From NCBI RefSeq assembly GCF_009914755.1, contig NC_060930.1: a stretch of DNA of 64,000 nucleotides, one strand, 5' to 3'. The notes below the pieces were generated by a model. It did no database searches. It saw nothing but the letters and a program-made list of their open reading frames with translations, and was not told where the DNA came from. The position numbers and the translations under genes are program-made. This document shows, piece by piece, positions 18,594-32,052 of this stretch. Each line of letters opens with the position of its first letter. Position 1 is the stretch's first letter. Source of the stretch: the human T2T-CHM13v2.0 reference genome, Homo sapiens.

Positions 18594-18699
18594 GTTGGTA
18601 TAAGAGGCAGCATAAACAAACAAACAAAAAATCCCTGAGAAAACTCCTACCATCTTTCAGTAAAACTATTTCTGGCAATGTTTCCTCAAGCATTGTTTT

Positions 18700-19635
18700 A
18701 GGAGGGCCTACTCAATATCCATTGTACTTTTTTTTTTTTTTAACTAATAAACCCGGATTTTGTTCTGGGAAGCAACATGCCCAGACAAAATACTAAATCT
18801 ATGTGGAAGTCTTGGGTAGTGCTGCTGGGGAACTTCTTAAAGAGGCCCTACTCAACTGGAAGGTACCCCTTCTCTCCTTTCTCCTTCTTGCTTCCTGGAA
18901 AAAGAGTGAGAGGTCAGGAGCTCCAGAAGTCATCTTGGAATGGGAGGTGACTATAAGGAAGGAAGCCTGGGCTCCTGAGGACCCTGGAGCCAGCATCTCA
19001 GGCCGGGGTGCCTACCTCCAGATTGTTACAATGTGAGACAGATAAGCTGTTGTGTTGGTTATTTTCCTTTTGCAGCCCTCTCCCCAAGATCCCTCCTCTA
19101 CTCTGTCTTCCATAATCTGTGCCCTAGGAAGGTCCATTGCTCTCTGGCTTCCAATTGGTTTTGGCCAATTGAGGTGCATGGCAGGAGACCAATGCAGGAG
19201 AAGGGAAGGATAATTTTCCCCACTCCCTGCTTGCATTGTCTTGGGTCTAGCAGAGGCTCTGTTCCTCTATGGCCATAGCACCTGCTCAGCAGCCCTTCCT
19301 CCCAGGCTGCAGCTCTTGATGGGCTCCATTCACACCATCCCCTCAGCCTAGGGGTGGTAATGGCCTCCCACTGCTGCTAACCCCAGGGAGCGTCATCATT
19401 CCTCTTTGTTTCCTGAACCCTGTCCATACCTCTATAAATACTGGCTTCTTTAAACTTTGTTTCAGCTAAACTCTTTCGAATATGCCATCTGTTTCTTTCT
19501 TCCTTTTTTTTTTTTTTAAATCATCCAGCCCAAAATGTCAATGTGCCATCTCTTTCATGCTGGGATCCCCAACCGATAAAGGTTCATATTTAGGTTTCCT
19601 GCTGTATGCAGCTAAATTTAATCCTGACTGGTGTA
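18700..19635 (+). mobile_element. Old MLT1 (J/K-like) LTR split by an LTR33-like element
   Basis: gctgggaacttcttaaag...ggagctccagaagtcatcttgg...cctacctccagatt; resumes near 19590 with tgcagctaaatttaatcctgactg. Confidence 0.5.
19050..19580 (+). mobile_element. LTR33-like ERVL LTR
   Basis: ctctggcttccaattggttttggccaat...ggggtggtaatggcctcccactgctgcta...tgccatctctttcatgctgggatcccc. Confidence 0.6.
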
Positions 19636-19904
19636 GCCTACAGGGCCCATGTTGTTAGAAAAATATCTATATTTAGATCCTAGATTCACACTCCGTTCAG
19701 CAAAATGATCATATTGTTAGTAAGATCTTTGCCTTAATTTTTTTTTGCAAACTAAATTATTTTTTAAAATTTTCCTTTCTAATCTTCCTGTTCTAGGTTT
19801 TTCACTAAGTTCTTTCTCCTAAGCTTCAAGCTTATCTAGCATTCTAAACCTGCGACTCTACCAATTCCTTGCTAACAGCTGCTGTCTACCTGATGTCCTT
19901 TTAC

Positions 19905-21240
19905 CAGTCAGTCAAATGTGTTATTGAACATTTCTTGAGCATCACCCTGGGTTTGGCCCTGGGGTCCAGTGGTGAATGAGCAGACAGGCTCTGCTGCTGT
20001 GGAGCCACCTCATCTGGCAGGAAATTCAGATGCCAGACAGACCATTGCTCAAGTGACTCCTCTAAAAAGGAGAAGAACTCACTGCTACACATAATAGTGC
20101 ATTGAACGCAAGCTGGGGGAGATAGGCAGAGGAGTTGGGGAGATGGCATCTAAGCAAAGATATGAGCAAAGCCTCAGTAAAAATATAGCCAGGCATAGGT
20201 GGTGATGGGATCAGAGTGAGCTTTGCTGGTAAGGGATGCTGAATTAATAAAGGCCTTGATTGGTGCCTTTCTAGAGCATGGTGCATTTCTAGAATTGAGA
20301 GAAGCCTGGTATGACCGGAGCAGTAAAAAAGTGGGGTGGGGTAAGGCTTGAGTGGTGGGTGGAGACTAAAATTTATAGGGTTCATGATGCTTTTTTAAGG
20401 GTTTAAGACTCAATTTTAAGACTTTAATGGGAAGCGATTTCTCGTATCTCTAAGAATGGGCCTCACAGACCTCCAATGACAGGAAGCAAAATCATACCGG
20501 GGCCCAGCAACAGTGCTCTGAAATCTATCAATGTCTTTGCTCTGAGGCTTTCATAGGTAGCTCCAGCCAGTAGCTGAGCACAGCCAGGTGATCAAGGCGG
20601 GCCCATTCCTGGAAGATATGGGACTCCTTTGAAGGCCATCCTTAGCTGAGGACTCCCCTGCAGCCTTGCCAGCTTTTCCTCAGGCTCCCTGGTAATCCAG
20701 GGCTCTCCCACCTTCCTTCCCTCTCTTCTACACTCGCGGCCAGATCTGCATTGTGTACCGAGAGCTCTTCCAGTGTCTTCTGTTTCTCTATTTTCTCTCA
20801 CAGGCATCTCCCCTAATAATACCATTGCATGTTTAATCCTGTCTTGGTGTCTACGATCTAGGCTATATATTTTAAGAGGGACATTTGCTACCTGGAGCAT
20901 GGCAGATAAGAGTACCCATAGGGTGAGAGAAATAAAAGACCATGCCTTATGTAGCGTGGTCAAAGGACCTCCACGTTTAGCGAGGACCCTGTCTAGCACA
21001 CCATGGAAGGATATTGAGCAGGGAAAAACAATGAAGATTTAGGTATTTAATAAGTAATTTTGGGATGCCATGATCAATGGTGGATGTCAGGAGATGAGTC
21101 AGGAGGTAAGAGATGCTGGTGACCATGTAGTGAGAGTGGAAGTGGAGAGAGGTGGAGAGAATGGACAGAGATTTGGGATGTAAAATCAGTAGGGCTCAGT
21201 GATTAGGTTGGTGGGATGTCTCCATTAGGTTTCTATTTTC
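19905..21240 (-). mobile_element. L2 fragments split by an LTR16-like element
   Basis: cagtcagtcaaatgtgttattgaaca L2 tail; degenerate body to ~20450 and again from ~21010. Confidence 0.55.
20455..20860 (+). mobile_element. LTR16-like ERVL LTR
   Basis: gggcccattcctggaagatatgggactcc...ctcacaggcatctcccctaataa...catgtttaatcctgtcttggtgtct. Confidence 0.6.
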
Positions 21241-21747
21241 TTTCACTTCCCTGTTAACAAAGATTTATTGAGGGACTGATACCCCAGTCCAGCCTAAATT
21301 TCATGACCTAGTGTTTCAATTCCCATCTTGTCAATATTTTTCTTGTTACCCCTTGTAACTGCAGTGACAAAACACCAACTTTGGGCTGCCTTCCTTGAGC
21401 CTAGTCATAGCCTGGGCAGCTGCTGGAGAACACCCCATACCATGCATCTGGGTCATTTTACCTTCCTGGTCTCTATCCAGTCTCAATAGATCTACAGTCT
21501 CATGCTCTTTTAATCATTTTTCCTCCCCTATTCTTCCTGGCAGCTTTTATATTTAAATCTCTTCTTGATTCTCTTTAAACCCAACCCACCAACCCCTCTT
21601 CCTCATTCACAGGAGATAACCTTGCCTTTTACTTTACATTGAAATAAATTAAAAAATCCTTCAACTTCTTGCCACCAAATTACCAAACTTCACAATATCT
21701 GGAACTTTATTCCATCTTTCTTATCTTTAAAGAGTTGTCCAATTTCC

Positions 21748-22181
21748 TGTGAAGTGAAATTGATGGAGGCCAGTGTTTTGGACTGAGCTCCTGCATCAGG
21801 CCCCAATAGAACAGACAGAATCAAAATGGAGTCACTCACGCTGAAGCTCCACATCACCAAACTGAAACTAAATTGGTAATCTGACCTTCCAAAAAATCAG
21901 GAGAGATGATAGACAAATTCCCCAAATAGGCCAGTGTTAGCTGGCACGATAAGGAATTCCCTCCTGCTTTAACCCTTATAACCTGATGTTAACCAATCCA
22001 CTCTTTGTATTATGTTGTTTTTTTTTTGTTCCTGCTCAAGCTACCTTACAAAAATTGACTGCTCCAACATGCCTCTGGCATAGTGCCTATTTCTAGGTGA
22101 GATGCTGCCCAATTCATGAATTGCAAGTAAATGCCAATTAAATCATTTAACTAAATTTGTTGAGATTTTTGTCTTTTGACA
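21748..22181 (+). mobile_element. ERV1 (MER4-group) solo LTR, subfamily uncertain
   Basis: TG...CA termini; ggactgagctcctgca...caaaatggagtcactc; ends gtcttttgaca. Confidence 0.7.
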
Positions 22182-23099
22182 CTTCTCTAATGCTAGTACA
22201 TTTTACCTATTTCCGCTGCTGTATCAGAGATTCTCTCAGCCCTGATTCCCCGACAGTTCCCTCTTTACTGGCTCGTCAGTGCTTGGTTGGTTGGTTTGTC
22301 TGTATTTTTATTTGGCTGTGTGAAAAAAGAAATGGAAGACAGAAAGCATTACCCTGCTCACACTGGCTGACTCAAACACCTTGCTATAAACATGCTGGAG
22401 AAAAGCCTTAGACTGGCCTCAAAGCTGAAAACACCGGGGAAAATTAACTGCTTCCTACTCGTTACAACATTACCTTCCTAGCATGCTACGGCCAGTCACT
22501 TACTGCAGTACCCACACCATAACCACTGCTTTCTCTTCTAATAGTGATACATATTTTTAGTTTTATTATTTCTTTTGATTGAAATGATGCCATATGAAAT
22601 TTCCATTTGAAAGTTTCTCAGTTGTATCTAGTTACATAGTACAGTTCAGAAACCTGTCCCAGACTGACTTTATCAGGAATCTAACTGGCGTAGATCATAT
22701 CCATGTATACGTGGTTGTACATTCTTTTCTACTGGACTAACCAAGAACCATTTCAGTGATGCAAATCATGTGACCTCTGGTTTAGCTGAAAAAGCCCTGG
22801 ACTTCTCAGAAACCTTGATCAAATTTTCCACTATTGTACAAATTGGCCATTTTAGGAATTTCAAACTTCAATCATTTGGTCTCTTTTATTTTATTTTTAT
22901 TTTGGTTGTGTAATGGGACCTAAACAAATAAACTTTGATCTTTGTTTTAAAGATTATTAAAAACTTACGTGTATGTACATATAGCTCTTCAAGACCCACA
23001 GCTTTCACTATGCTGTAGGATATTGTCTCTGTGTAGTACATATGACATTGCAGGTTAATTTTCCTTGAGTGCTTTATACTCTTATTTTTCTCGTAAATC

Positions 23100-23765
23100 T
23101 TTTAAAATTGACATGTAATAATTGTACATATTTATAAAGTACAGTGTGATATTTTGATACATGTATACAATGTATAATCATCAATTCAGGATAATTAGCA
23201 TATCCATCACCTCCAACATTTATCATTTTTTGTGTTAGAAACATTCAAAATCATCTCTTCTAGTTGTTTGAAAATATACAAGAAATTATTGTTAACTAGT
23301 CACCTTATAGCAGTATAGAACACTAGAATTTATTCCTTCTATCTAGCTGTAATTTTGTATCTGTAAACCGCCTCTCCCTATCCTCCCTCCCTGCCTTCCC
23401 AGCTTCTAGTAACTATCATTCTATTCTCTACTTCTATGAGCAGAACTTTTTAAGCTCCCACATATGAGTGAGAACACACAGTATTTATCTTTCTGTGCCT
23501 GGCTCATTTCACTTAATATCCTCTAATCTCATTCATGTTGCTGTGAAAGACTGGATTTCATTCTTTATTATGACTGAATAGTATTCCATTATTTGTATAT
23601 AAATACCACATTTTCTTTATCCAGTCATCTGCTGATGGACCCTTAGGTTGATTCCATGTATTGTCTATTATGACAATATGTCTATTATGAATAATGCTGC
23701 AATAAATGTGGGGGTGCAGATATCTCTTCGCTACACATATTTTCTTTCCTTTGGATAAATATATT
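23100..23765 (-). mobile_element. L1MA-type 3' fragment
   Basis: taataattgtacatatttat...gcatatccatcacctc...gctcccacatatgagtgagaaca...gtgcagatatctcttc. Confidence 0.85.
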
Positions 23766-23799
23766 CTTATATTTAAATCTTAAAAGTTCTTCCCTGGAA

Positions 23800-24170
23800 T
23801 TTACATGTACCTTCAGTTACTAGCCTTTCTCTCTCCTTTCACAGCCTAATTCAAAGAATTGTCTGGATTTTCTCTCATTAGTGCTTCACCTACTGCAATC
23901 TCACTTCCACCCTTACCACTCGGGGGAAAATTGCTCTAATCAAGGAAGCCAATGTCCCATAATTGCTAAATACAATAAGTGCTTTTCATTTCTTAGCTTA
24001 ACCTCTCAGCAGCACCTGATAAAGCTGCCTACTCCCTTTTTCTTGAAACACTTTCTTCCCTTGGTTTCCATGACAATGTACTCTTCTGGCTTTTTTTCCC
24101 CTACCTCTCTGGATGCTTTTTAGTTTTTCTCTACCCATCTCTTAAGTCTTCTCATACTATGCACCCTGTC
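23800..24170 (+). mobile_element. L2 fragment
   Basis: cctactgcaatctcacttccaccc...ctctcagcagcacctga...ttggtttccatgaca. Confidence 0.55.
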
Positions 24171-24559
24171 AAAGGAAGAAGAGAGAAATTGCTCAGCAGT
24201 CTAACAATTCTCCTCAAAGTCATCCACACCCATCAGTGTTTCCCCTCTTCATCATTCATGTTTTCTCAAATATAAGCTAAATGTGGTTGACAGACCACTG
24301 ATGGTGATTTGAGGCCACTTCCTAAAATTTCTGCAAAGACAGTCCAGTTCCACTCCAGAATGTGAGGTACCTTAGCATTTATACTTAGGGACTTGAGTTG
24401 AAATTGGGACAAGAGGAAAAAAAATTCATCGGTGTTCTGGTATATGTATGAATTTTTTAAAAAAACATTCCTATTTAAAGCCTTGGTTTAGAGCAAACTG
24501 TGCTTCTCTAAACTTCAAGTGCATCTCTCTATTCTCTGACATGTTAGACAGCTTGCTGA

Positions 24560-24885
<326 letters not shown>

Positions 24886-25745
24886 TAATGTCCTAATTGT
24901 TATATTCTTCTTGATGGAGGCACTCTGCAGCACTCCCACTCTGCAGCACTCCCATTCTCCAGCTCGAGCCCAGGGAAGCCATCCCTAACTATATCTCATA
25001 GAGGCCTTTGGGGAAGGCAGCCAGTGGACCCAGGGAGGGGTCACAGGGTGAAAGAAGCTCCCAACTGAATTTTGTGACAGGATTTTGAGTGGGCATGAAC
25101 TCCCTTGATCAGAATCTGGGGGGCAAGTGGGAAGTGTGCTGCAGACACAAGCACAGGAGCTAGGCACCTGGCATTGTGGGCAGATGGGAGGGATGAAGCC
25201 TAAAAGCCCTGCTTGCTTTCTCAGTGCAGAAGCTTATAGCCTGGGGCAGGTCTGAGTTCTATGTGCAGGCTGCCTGGATCTAAACCCAGCACTGTTAGCA
25301 GGGCATTGCAGGATTGAGACCAGCCTCGCCAACTGCATGGGAGCTGGGTGAGGCCTATCATTCACCCAGCTATTCTCCACTCCCCTTGTAAACTCTACTG
25401 TATACCAGAGTCAATTGTACTCCCCTATGGAACATTATCCCGATGGCCTGAGAACCACCCCCCATCCCCACAGTGGCTGTGGCAAGCCCTGCCCAAGGAG
25501 AGTCTGAGCTCAGACCTGCCTAACCCTGCCCTCACCTGATGGTATTTCTCTACCTGCCCTGAGAGCTTAACACAAAGGACATAAACTCTTGGGAGCCCAT
25601 TGCCTGAGAAACCAGAATACTTCCCCTGGCCAACTTAGGGCAAGCTCACATCCCACTGTTACTGCCACAGCTGGTGCTCTCTTGCAAGCGCCACCTCCTG
25701 GCTGGAGGCCAACCAAGTCAGGGCATTACAGCAACTCTTGGCAGC

Positions 25746-25936
25746 CCTCTGGGTTCAAGCAATTCTCTTGCCTCAGACTCCTGAGTAACTGGGATTACAG
25801 GCATGCACCACCACACCTGGCAAATTTTTTATTTTTAGTAGAGATGGGGTTATACCATGTTGGCCAGGCTGGTCTCAAACTCCTGACCTCAAGTAATCCA
25901 CCCGCCTCAGCCTCCCAAAGTGCTGGGATTACGGGC
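25746..25936 (-). mobile_element. Internal Alu fragment with no tail and no TSD, inside L1PB
   Basis: Runs from gggttcaagcaattctc to cccaaagtgctgggattac; both Alu ends are missing. Confidence 0.85.
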
Positions 25937-26914
25937 TACTTAAAGAAATTTAAAAAATAGTCCAGGATATGGATGAAAAATTTTCCAGAGAAATAGATAT
26001 CATAGAGAAAAAAACATTCAGAACATCTGGAAATGAAAGACACACTTAGCAAAATACAAAATGGAGTGGAAAGTTTCTACAATAGACTAGAACAAGTAGA
26101 AGAAAGAATTTCAGAGCTGGAAGAAAAGGCTTTTGAATTAACCCAATCAGACAAAGACAAAGAAAAAAGAAAAGAAAAAAAAAAGAACAAAGTCTCCAAG
26201 AAATATGGGATTAAGTAAAATGTCCAAACCTAAGAATATTTGGTGTTCCAGAGGAAGAAGAGAAACCTATAAGTTTGGAAAACCTATTTGAGGGAATAAC
26301 TGAGAAAAACTTCCCTGGCTTTGCTAGGAATCTAGACATCCAGCTATAAGAAGCTCTCCTGGAAAAGTCATCACCAGAAGACCATCACCAAGGAACATAG
26401 TCATCAGGTTATCTAAAGTCAAGATGAAGGAAAGAATCTAAAGAGCTATGAGACAAAAGCATCAGGTAACGTATAAAGGAAAACTTATCAGATTAACAGC
26501 AGATTCCTCAGCAGAAACCTTACAAGTTAGAAGGGATTGGGATCCTATCTTTAACTTCCTGAAACAAAATAATTGTCATCCAAGAATTTTGTATCCAGCA
26601 AAACTAAGCTTCGTAAATGAAGGAGAGATAAAGTCTTTTGCAAACAAACAAATGCTTAGAGAATTTGCCACTACCAAACCGGCACTACAAGAAATGCTAA
26701 AAGGGCTTCTAAGTCTTGAAACAAAACCTGAAAATACAGTAAAATCAAGCATTCTGAAAGCATGAGTCTCACAGGGCCTATAAAATAATAACACAATGAT
26801 AAAAAACAAGGTATTTAGGCAACAACTAACATGATGAATAGAACAGTACCTCACATCTCAATACTAACATTGAATGTAAATGGCCTAAATGCTCCACCTA
26901 AAAGATACAGAATG

Positions 26915-27214
26915 GGTCAGGGGCATGGTGGCTCAAGCCTGTAATCCCAGCACTTTGGGAGGCCAAGGTGGGCGGATCACGAAGTCAGGAGATTGAGACC
27001 ATCCTAGCTAACATGGTGAAACCCCATCTCTACTAAAAACACAAAAAATTAGCCAGGCGTGGTGGCATGTGCCTGTATTCCCAGCTACTTGGGAGGCTGA
27101 GGCAGGAGAATCGCTTCAACCCAGGAGGCAGAGGCGGAGGTTGTAGTTAGCTGAGATCGCGCCACTGCACCCCAGCCTGGGCGACAGAGTGAGACTCCAT
27201 CTCAAAAAAAAAAA
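26915..27214 (+). mobile_element. AluSc-like inside L1PB ORF2
   Basis: TSD aaagatacagaatgg on both sides. Confidence 0.92.
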
Positions 27215-28311
27215 AAAGATACAGAATGGCAGAATGGATTTAAAAAAACCTACCAACCAAGTGTCTGCTGTCTTCATGAGACTTACCTAACACATAAGAC
27301 CTCACATAGACTTAAGGTAAAGGGGTGGAAAAAGATATTCCACACAAATGGAAACCAAAAGCGAGCAGCAGTAGTTATTCTTAGATAAAGCAGACTTTAA
27401 ACCAACAACTGTAAAAACAGACAAAGAAGGACATTATATAGTGATAGAAGGATTAGTCCAACAGGAAGATATTACATATGCACCTAACACTGGAGCTCCC
27501 AAATTTATAAAATAATTACTACGAGACCTAAGAAATGAGATGGATAGGAACAAAATAATAGTGCGGGACTTCAGTACTCCACTGACAGCAGTAGGCAGAT
27601 CATCAAGACAGAAAGTCAACAGAGAAAAAATAGACTTAAACTACACCCTAGAACAAATGGACCTAACAGATATTTATAGAAAATTCTACCCAATAACTGC
27701 AGAATATTCATTATTCTCATCAGCATGTGGAATATTCTCCAAGATAGACCATATGATAGGCCACAAAACAAGTCTTAATACATTTAAGAAAGTCAAAATC
27801 ATATCAAGGACCTTCTCAGACCACAATGGAATAAAATTGGAAGTTAACTCCAAAAGGAATCCTCAGAACTATACAAATACATGGAAAGTAAATAATCTGC
27901 CCTTGAATGATCTTTGGATTAATAATGAAATCAAGATGGAAATTAAACAATTCTTTGAAATGAATGATAATAGTGACACAACTTATCAAAACCTCTGGGA
28001 TACAGCAAAAGCAGTGCTAAGAGGAAAGTTCATAGCATTAAACATCTACATCAAAAAGTCTGAAAGAGCGCAAATAGACGACCCAATGTCACATCTCAAA
28101 GAACTAGAGAAACAAGAACAAACTAAATACAAGCCCAGCAGAAGAAAAGAAATAACAAAGATCATAGCAGACTGAAATAAAATTGAAACAAAAAGAACTA
28201 CAAACAATAAATGAACCAAAAGTTGGTTCTTTGAAAAGAGCAACAAAATTGATGGCCCGTTAGTGAGACTAACTGAGAAAAGAAGAGAGAAGATCCAATC
28301 TAGTTCAATTA

Positions 28312-28677
<366 letters not shown>

Positions 28678-31029
28678 TCAAGACTACTATGAACACCTTT
28701 ATGTACACAAACTAGGAATCTAGAGGAGATGGATAAATTCCTGAAAATATACAACCCTTCTAGATTAAATCAGGAAAAAAATGGAAACTCTAAACAGACC
28801 AATAGCAAGCAATGAGATTGAATCAGTAATTTAAAAAATTACCAACAAAAAAAGTACAGTACCAGATGGATTCACTGCTGAATTCTACCAGACATCTAAA
28901 AAAGAATTCGTGACAATCCTGAAACTATTCCAAAAGATAGAGAAAGAGGGAATCCTTCCTAAATCATTCTATGAAGCCAATATCATCCTAATACCAAAGC
29001 CAGAAAAGGACATAACAAAAAAAGAAAACTACAGACCAATATCTGTGATGAACATAGATGCAAAAATCCTCAACAAAATACTAGCTAACCAAATTCAAAA
29101 GCCCTTCAAAAACATAATCCACCATGATCAAGTGGGTTTCATATGGGTTTACAGGGATGGTTTAACATATGCAAGTCAGTAAATGTGATATATCACATAA
29201 ACACAATTAAAAACAAAAATCATGTGATCATCTCAATAGATACAGGAAAGCATTTGACAAAATCTGGCATCCCTTTTTTATAAAAACCTTCAGCAAAATT
29301 GCCATAGAAGGGACATAGCTGAAGGTAATAAAAGCCATATGTGACAACCCACAGCCAATATTATACTGAATGGGGAAAAGTTGAAAGCATTCCCCTTGAG
29401 AACTGGAACAAGACAAGGATGCCCACTTTCACCACTTCCATTCAACATAGTACTGGAAGTCCTAGCCATAGCAGTTAGATAAGAGAAGGAAATAAAGGAC
29501 ATCCAAATCGGTAAAGAGGAAGTCAAAATGTAGGTGTTTGCTGATGACATGATCGTATATCTAGAAAACCCTAAAGACTCATTCAAAAAGCTCCTAGAAC
29601 TGGTAAATGAATTCAGCGATATTTCAGGATACAAAATTAATGTACACAAATCACTAATCCTACTATACACCAACAATGACCAAGCTGAGAATCAAATCAA
29701 GAACTCAACCTCTTTTACAATAGCTGTAAAAGACAAACAAACAAACAAAAACTTAGGAATATACCTAATCAAGGAGGTGAAAGATCTCTACAAGGAAAAC
29801 TACAAAACACTGCGGAAAGAAATCATAGATGGCACAAATGGAAACACATCCCATGTTCATGGATGGGTAGAATTAATATTGTGAAAATGACCATACTGCC
29901 AAAAGCAATCTACAGATTTAATGCAATTCCCATCAAAATACTATCATCCTACTTCACAGAACTAGAAGAAACACACCTAAAATTCATATGGAACCAAAAA
30001 AGAGCCCACCTAGCCAAAGGAAGGCTAAGCTAAAAGAACAAATCATGTATGTAGACCAATGGAACAGAATAGAGAACCCAGAAATAAAGCCAAATACTAA
30101 TAGCCAACTGATCTTTGACAAAGCTTACAAAAAGATAAAGTGGGGAAAGGATACCCTATTCAATAAAAGGTGCTAGGAAAACTGGCAAGCCACATGTAGA
30201 AGAAAGAAACTGGATCCTCATCTCTCACCTTATACAAAAATCAACTCAGGGTGGATCAAAGACTTAAATGTAAGACCTGAAACCATAAAAATTCTAGAAG
30301 ATAACATTGGAAAAACTCTTTTAGACATTGGCATAGACAAAGAATTCATGACTAAGAACTCAAAAGCAAATGCAACAAAAACAAAAATAAATGGGACCTA
30401 ATTAAACCAAAAAGATTCTGCATAGCAAAAGAAGTATTCAGTGTTGTAAACAGACAACCCACAGAATGAGAGAAAATATTTGTAAACTATGCATCTGACA
30501 AAGGATTAATATCCAGAATCTACAAGGAACTCAAACAAATCAACAAGAAAAAATACTCCCATCAAAAAGTGGGCAAAGAATATGAATAGACAATTGTCAA
30601 AAGAAGATACACAAACAGCCAACAAACATATGAAAAAATGCTCAACATCACTAATTATGAGGAAAATGCAAGTTAAAACCACAATGAGCTACCACCTTAT
30701 TCCTGCAAGAATGTCCATAAATAAAAAATTTAAAAAAAAACAGATGTTGGAGGCGGGTGTGGTGAGAGGGAACACTTTTATGCTGCTGGTGGGAATGTAA
30801 ACTAGTTCAACCACTATGAAAAACAGTATGGAGATCCCTTAAAGAACAAAAAGTAGAACTACCATCCAATCTAGCAATCCCACTACTGGGTATCTACCCA
30901 AAGGAAAAGAATTCATTTTATTAAAAAGACACATGCACACACATGTTTACAGCAGCACAATTCACAATTGCAAAAATATGGAACCAACCTAAATGCCCAT
31001 CAACCAACAAGTAGATAAAGAAAATGTGG

Positions 31030-32052
31030 GTGGAGCCAAGATGGCCGAATAGGAACAGCTCCAGTCTACAGCTCCTAGCGTGAGCGACGCAGAAGATGGG
31101 TGATTTCTGCATTTCCAACTGAGGTACTGGGTTCATCTCACTGGGGAATGCCGGACAGTGGGTGAAGGACAGTGGGTGCAGTGCACCGTGCGTGAGCCAA
31201 AGCAGGGCGAGGCATCGCCTCACCCGGGAAGTGCAAGGGGTCAGGGAATTCCCTTTCCTAGTCAAAGAAAGGGGTGACAGATGGCACCTGGAAAATCGGG
31301 TCACTCCCACCCTAATACTGCGCTCTTCCAATGGTCTTAGCAAACGGCACACCAGGAGATTATATCCCGCGCCTAGCTCGGAGGGTCCTACGCCCACGGA
31401 GCCTCACTCATTACTAGCGCAGCAGTCTGAGATCAAACTGCAAGGTGGCAGTGAGGCTGGGGGAGGGGCACCTGCCACTGCTCAGGCTTGAGTAGGTAAA
31501 CAAAGCGGCAGGAAGCTCAAACTGGGTGGAGCCCACCACAGCTCAAGGAGGCCTGCCTGCCTCTGTAGGCTCCACCTCTGGGGGCAGGGCACAGACAAAC
31601 AAGAGACAGCAATAACCTCTGTAGTCTTAAATGTCCCTGTCTGACAGCTTTGAAGAGAGTAGTGGTTCTCCCAGCATGCAGCTTGAGATCTGAGAACGGG
31701 CAGACTGCCTCCTCAAGTGGGTCCCTGACCCCTGAGTAGCCTAACTGGGAGGCACCCCCGAGTAGGGGCGGACTGACACCTCACACGGCTGGGTACTCCT
31801 CTGAGACAAAACTTCCAGAGGAACGAACAGGCAGCAGCATTTGCGGTTCACCAATATCTGCTGTTCTGTAGCCCCCGCTGCTGATACCCAGGCAAACAGG
31901 GTCTGGAGTGGACTTCCAGTAAACTCCAACAGACCTGCAGCTGAGGATCCTGACTGTTAGAAGGAAAACTAACAAACAGAAAGGACATCTACACCAAAAA
32001 CCCATCTGTACGTCACCATCATCAAAGACCAAAGGTAGATAAAACCACAAAG
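31030..32052 (+). promoter_or_regulatory. L1 5' UTR (sense and antisense promoter region)
   Basis: YY1 motif AAGATGGCC at 31038-31046; partly retained CpGs; includes the ~129 bp segment (31797-31924) absent from L1HS. Confidence 0.8.
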
